A DNA stretch of 63,994 bases, counting the filler, from Stramenopiles sp. TOSAG23-3 (lineage: Eukaryota): assembly GCA_900128585.1 (NCBI GenBank). It is 5 parts of 5 records of this genome, joined end to end, with 100 filler letters (N's around TTAATTAATTAA, not from the genome) between each part and the next. Parts side by side here need not be neighbours in the genome. Positions count along the whole stretch, not along the records: positions 52,853 to 63,994 come from LT642755.1; 4 more parts are not named here. One strand, written 5' to 3'. A program made the position numbers and the translations under genes. Shown here piece after piece: positions 61,449 to 63,994 of the stretch. The notes under the pieces are model-generated. The model searched no databases, was not told the origin of the DNA, and was given only the letters and a program-made list of their open reading frames with translations. Position 1 is the first letter of the stretch. Each line of letters opens with the position of its first letter.

Positions 61449-63638
61449 TTAAAATTCTAACCAAACCGGTTTCTTTCCTTTTTCCCTCCAAACTCTTTTG
61501 AATTTGTTTTTTAATTCTTCAGATGAGATATTGGGGTTCTCACTCAAATCAAGATAAGTCAATGATTGAAACGAATCATTCTCAACTAACTCAAGAAGAC
61601 ATTGACAACCAACATTACCAATCTTATTACCATTCAAATGAAGTGTATCCAGCATTGGAATAGCATCAACAACATTAGTCAACACAGCAACACCTTCATC
61701 TCCTATATTGTTGTCACCCAAAAAAAGGTGCGGCAAGTTTGGCATTGTTCTTAAGGCCGGAGCGATTGTTCGGCAGCCTTCATCGGTGATCGATTTGCCT
61801 TCAAGATCCAACTCTCCCGTGAACCCCTCGCCTTGCTTCCACAGGTCCGCATTATCCTTCCCGACGACCTTTTCCACGGCACCCCAATCAATGGTTACCT
61901 TTTTCTTTTCAGAACCCGTAAACAATTTGTCGGCCTCGTCGTCTGTTTCCGTAGCCAACGATTTTTCAGCCTTCACTACCGTTTTCTTTTTCTTCGTTTT
62001 GGGAGCCTGCATCGAGCTGCTTCCCCCGGTTGCCTTTTCTTTGCGCTTACGTTTTCTACTTTCAGGCTCTGCGATTTTCAAATTTACAATAGTCATCTTC
62101 CCTGCAGTTAATTGCCCGTCAACATGAAACTCTGTGGTGATGGGAAGGAGCACTTCCTTTTCTGGCTCGTAGTCTGAAAATGCGGCGATGTTTTTGCCAC
62201 GGCCCGAGATACTAAAAATTGTGTGCGGTTTGTTTTTGTCCGCGATAAAACCCATTGCTTGATCCCCGTCAGTTGAGCAGCTTGAGAATGCGCTCCAGAA
62301 AAAGCTCGATCCTTTGCCGTAGTCACCGCTCAGTTTGCGATTTACCCCACGAAAAATCACACTCGCTGGCTCATTGGGCAGTTTCTCCAGTGCAGACACC
62401 AGCAGCCTCGTAAAATCAAGAAACGGCTCCCGTTCCTTCTCACTGTTGCCCCGCAGCACTCTGTTCAACTTGCGGTACAGGGATTCTTGTGTATGGCATT
62501 CTTGTGTATACAGATGGATCGCGGCGATTTCGTCGACTTCTAACCCTTTGCGTTTTTCAACTGGCTTAGATTTTGCTACCGTCACAGCTCTGCCTTGCCC
62601 AGATACAAACGATGCTGGGATTCTTGCGATGGCATCCTTAAATGGTTTCACAGGGCGTTCGAGCAAACGATCAATCCACTCTTTTGACACTTGTGGTGCA
62701 AATCCAGTATCGACGATCCGGCCTTTGACTTCTTTCAGACCAATTTTTTTCAACTCTTTCACGAGTTTTTCCGATGTCCATCTTGTTGTTACTTTGGGCT
62801 GGAGCATTTTGGAGACAAGGTTGCCGAGAACTTTGTCCTTTTTTTTAACCTCGCGTATGATAAATTTGCGCATCTCGGGATTTTGGCATGGATCGAAATT
62901 CTCGTGCCCAGGGCAATCTTGTATAAACCACCCACATAGCATCTCTGCGATGATCAGCCCCAACGACCACACATCTGCTTTTCCATCTATTGAAACGTTT
63001 TTTTTGATGCACTCTGGGGCTTGGTATGCAACATGGCCCCGCGGCTTGAACAGGGTACTCATATATTGCGTTTTCATGCCCTCGCCTTTGAATTGCGTAG
63101 CTAAGCCTAAATCAACCAACTTCAGCTTTCCGTCTGGCCCAAAACAAATGTTGTCCTGTTTCAAGTCGCGATGCACAATGCCCTCGCTGTGGAGATACTC
63201 CAAACCTTTTGCTAGTTGCAACAAGTACTGGCGTATGGACTGTGGAGAAAGGTTTTTTTTTCGCTCTTTAAAGTGCGTTTCCATGTTCTTTTGGCAAAGT
63301 CCCATAACAATCAGCACATAGGAATCGTTCTCATCGATGTGCTTGTAATCCACCACATGGGGATGGCCGTTCAATTTCGCCAAGTTCCGTGCTTCTTTGT
63401 ATATTTTCTTGACAGCACTGTCGCCGTAAGCGTGTTTAATTTCGTTTTTGTCAATAAGTTTAGCAGCATACTTCTTTTTCTCGATGGTGTGCCGAACGCA
63501 ATACACCGTCCCAAACGAACCACCGCCCAAACGAGCAGCTTCGAGTGTGCTGACTTCGTTTCCGTCTGCATCTATAATCTGGTAGTTATTTCTAACAAAG
63601 AGGTCGCGCCGTGAGCTGTCCCGACTGCCTGATGCCAT
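61449..63638 (-). CDS. Ser/Thr protein kinase - ADP-ribosyltransferase (R-S-ExE) - leucine-rich repeat fusion
   Basis: Kinase: LGGGSFGTV, AAK, HRDLKQDN, DLG, APE, DVWSLG. ART: AIHLYT..LYRKLNRVLR, IFRG, FSSCS, EKEVLL. RNI-like LRRs: LFLGDNNIGDEG, LHLNGNKIGNVG, LDLSENP. Confidence 0.9.
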   Translation of the reverse strand: MASGSRDSSRRDLFVRNNYQIIDADGNEVSTLEAARLGGGSFGTVYCVRHTIEKKKYAAKLIDKNEIKHAYGDSAVKKIYKEARNLAKLNGHPHVVDYKHIDENDSYVLIVMGLCQKNMETHFKERKKNLSPQSIRQYLLQLAKGLEYLHSEGIVHRDLKQDNICFGPDGKLKLVDLGLATQFKGEGMKTQYMSTLFKPRGHVAYQAPECIKKNVSIDGKADVWSLGLIIAEMLCGWFIQDCPGHENFDPCQNPEMRKFIIREVKKKDKVLGNLVSKMLQPKVTTRWTSEKLVKELKKIGLKEVKGRIVDTGFAPQVSKEWIDRLLERPVKPFKDAIARIPASFVSGQGRAVTVAKSKPVEKRKGLEVDEIAAIHLYTQECHTQESLYRKLNRVLRGNSEKEREPFLDFTRLLVSALEKLPNEPASVIFRGVNRKLSGDYGKGSSFFWSAFSSCSTDGDQAMGFIADKNKPHTIFSISGRGKNIAAFSDYEPEKEVLLPITTEFHVDGQLTAGKMTIVNLKIAEPESRKRKRKEKATGGSSSMQAPKTKKKKTVVKAEKSLATETDDEADKLFTGSEKKKVTIDWGAVEKVVGKDNADLWKQGEGFTGELDLEGKSITDEGCRTIAPALRTMPNLPHLFLGDNNIGDEGVAVLTNVVDAIPMLDTLHLNGNKIGNVGCQCLLELVENDSFQSLTYLDLSENPNISSEELKNKFKRVWREKGKKPVWLEF

Positions 63639-63907
63639 CCTCCAAAGTACTGGTGGGAAAGTAATTCTAGGTACGTGTTTATTTATTATTTATGCCTTGC
63701 ACAAACCACTTTAAACTAAGAAATAAACTACAGAAAACAATCCATTCTCGTTGTCTTAACTAAACTAAACTCTGTATTCCACTTTCCAACAGAACAAACA
63801 AACTAAACGAAGCCGCGCAAATAATGAGATTATGCAAAGAGAAGAGACAGACTAATTATTATTAATAATAATAATATTATTTTTTTTTAATTTTTTTAAT
63901 AATAAAA

Positions 63908-63994
63908 AGAAAAAGAAGAAGAAGAAGAAGAAGAAGAAGAAGAAGAAGAAAGAATATATAAAAGAAGAAGAAGAAGAAGAAGAAAGAAGAAGAA
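63908..63994 (+). repeat. (GAA)n microsatellite
   Basis: Seen directly in the sequence. Confidence 0.9.

Noticed and set aside
1..63994. tRNA, rRNA or snRNA genes
   Set aside because: None recognised by eye; a tRNAscan-SE/Infernal run would be needed to exclude them.

Overview
Eukaryotic nuclear sequence with about 28 apparently intronless genes separated by AT-rich, microsatellite-rich spacers. The gene set (SPEF2, kinesin-3, secreted GH3, sulfatase) fits a flagellated heterotrophic protist; a marine stramenopile is my inference only. The window is not contiguous: four 100-nt N-TTAATTAATTAA-N linkers join five ~13-kb contigs (1-13139, 13240-26349, 26450-39553, 39654-52752, 52853-end), so adjacency across them is artificial. 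Recognisable genes are PRMT5, Sec12, GH3 beta-xylosidase, PEX13-like (partial), PCMT, a Sip5/DA2-type RING protein, a dual-specificity phosphatase, a 13xWW-PH protein, an FAD oxidoreductase, a double FKBP, SPEF2, an ABCD 3' fragment, DPH2, STN1, kinesin-3, a scramblase and an arylsulfatase. The most notable signals are four. (1) A very short dispersed element with a fixed T-rich end, a variably truncated other end and 10-17 bp flanking direct repeats, always found just downstream of stop codons; this looks like a mini-retroposon that favours gene 3' ends. (2) A protein kinase-ADP-ribosyltransferase-LRR fusion whose LRR tail has a different base composition. (3) Three consecutive unrelated genes that all end in CaaX boxes. 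(4) Orphan proteins with prokaryote-type modules (KTSC plus dead retropepsin; FtsK-gamma-like winged helix). All domain calls are by eye, with no database search.
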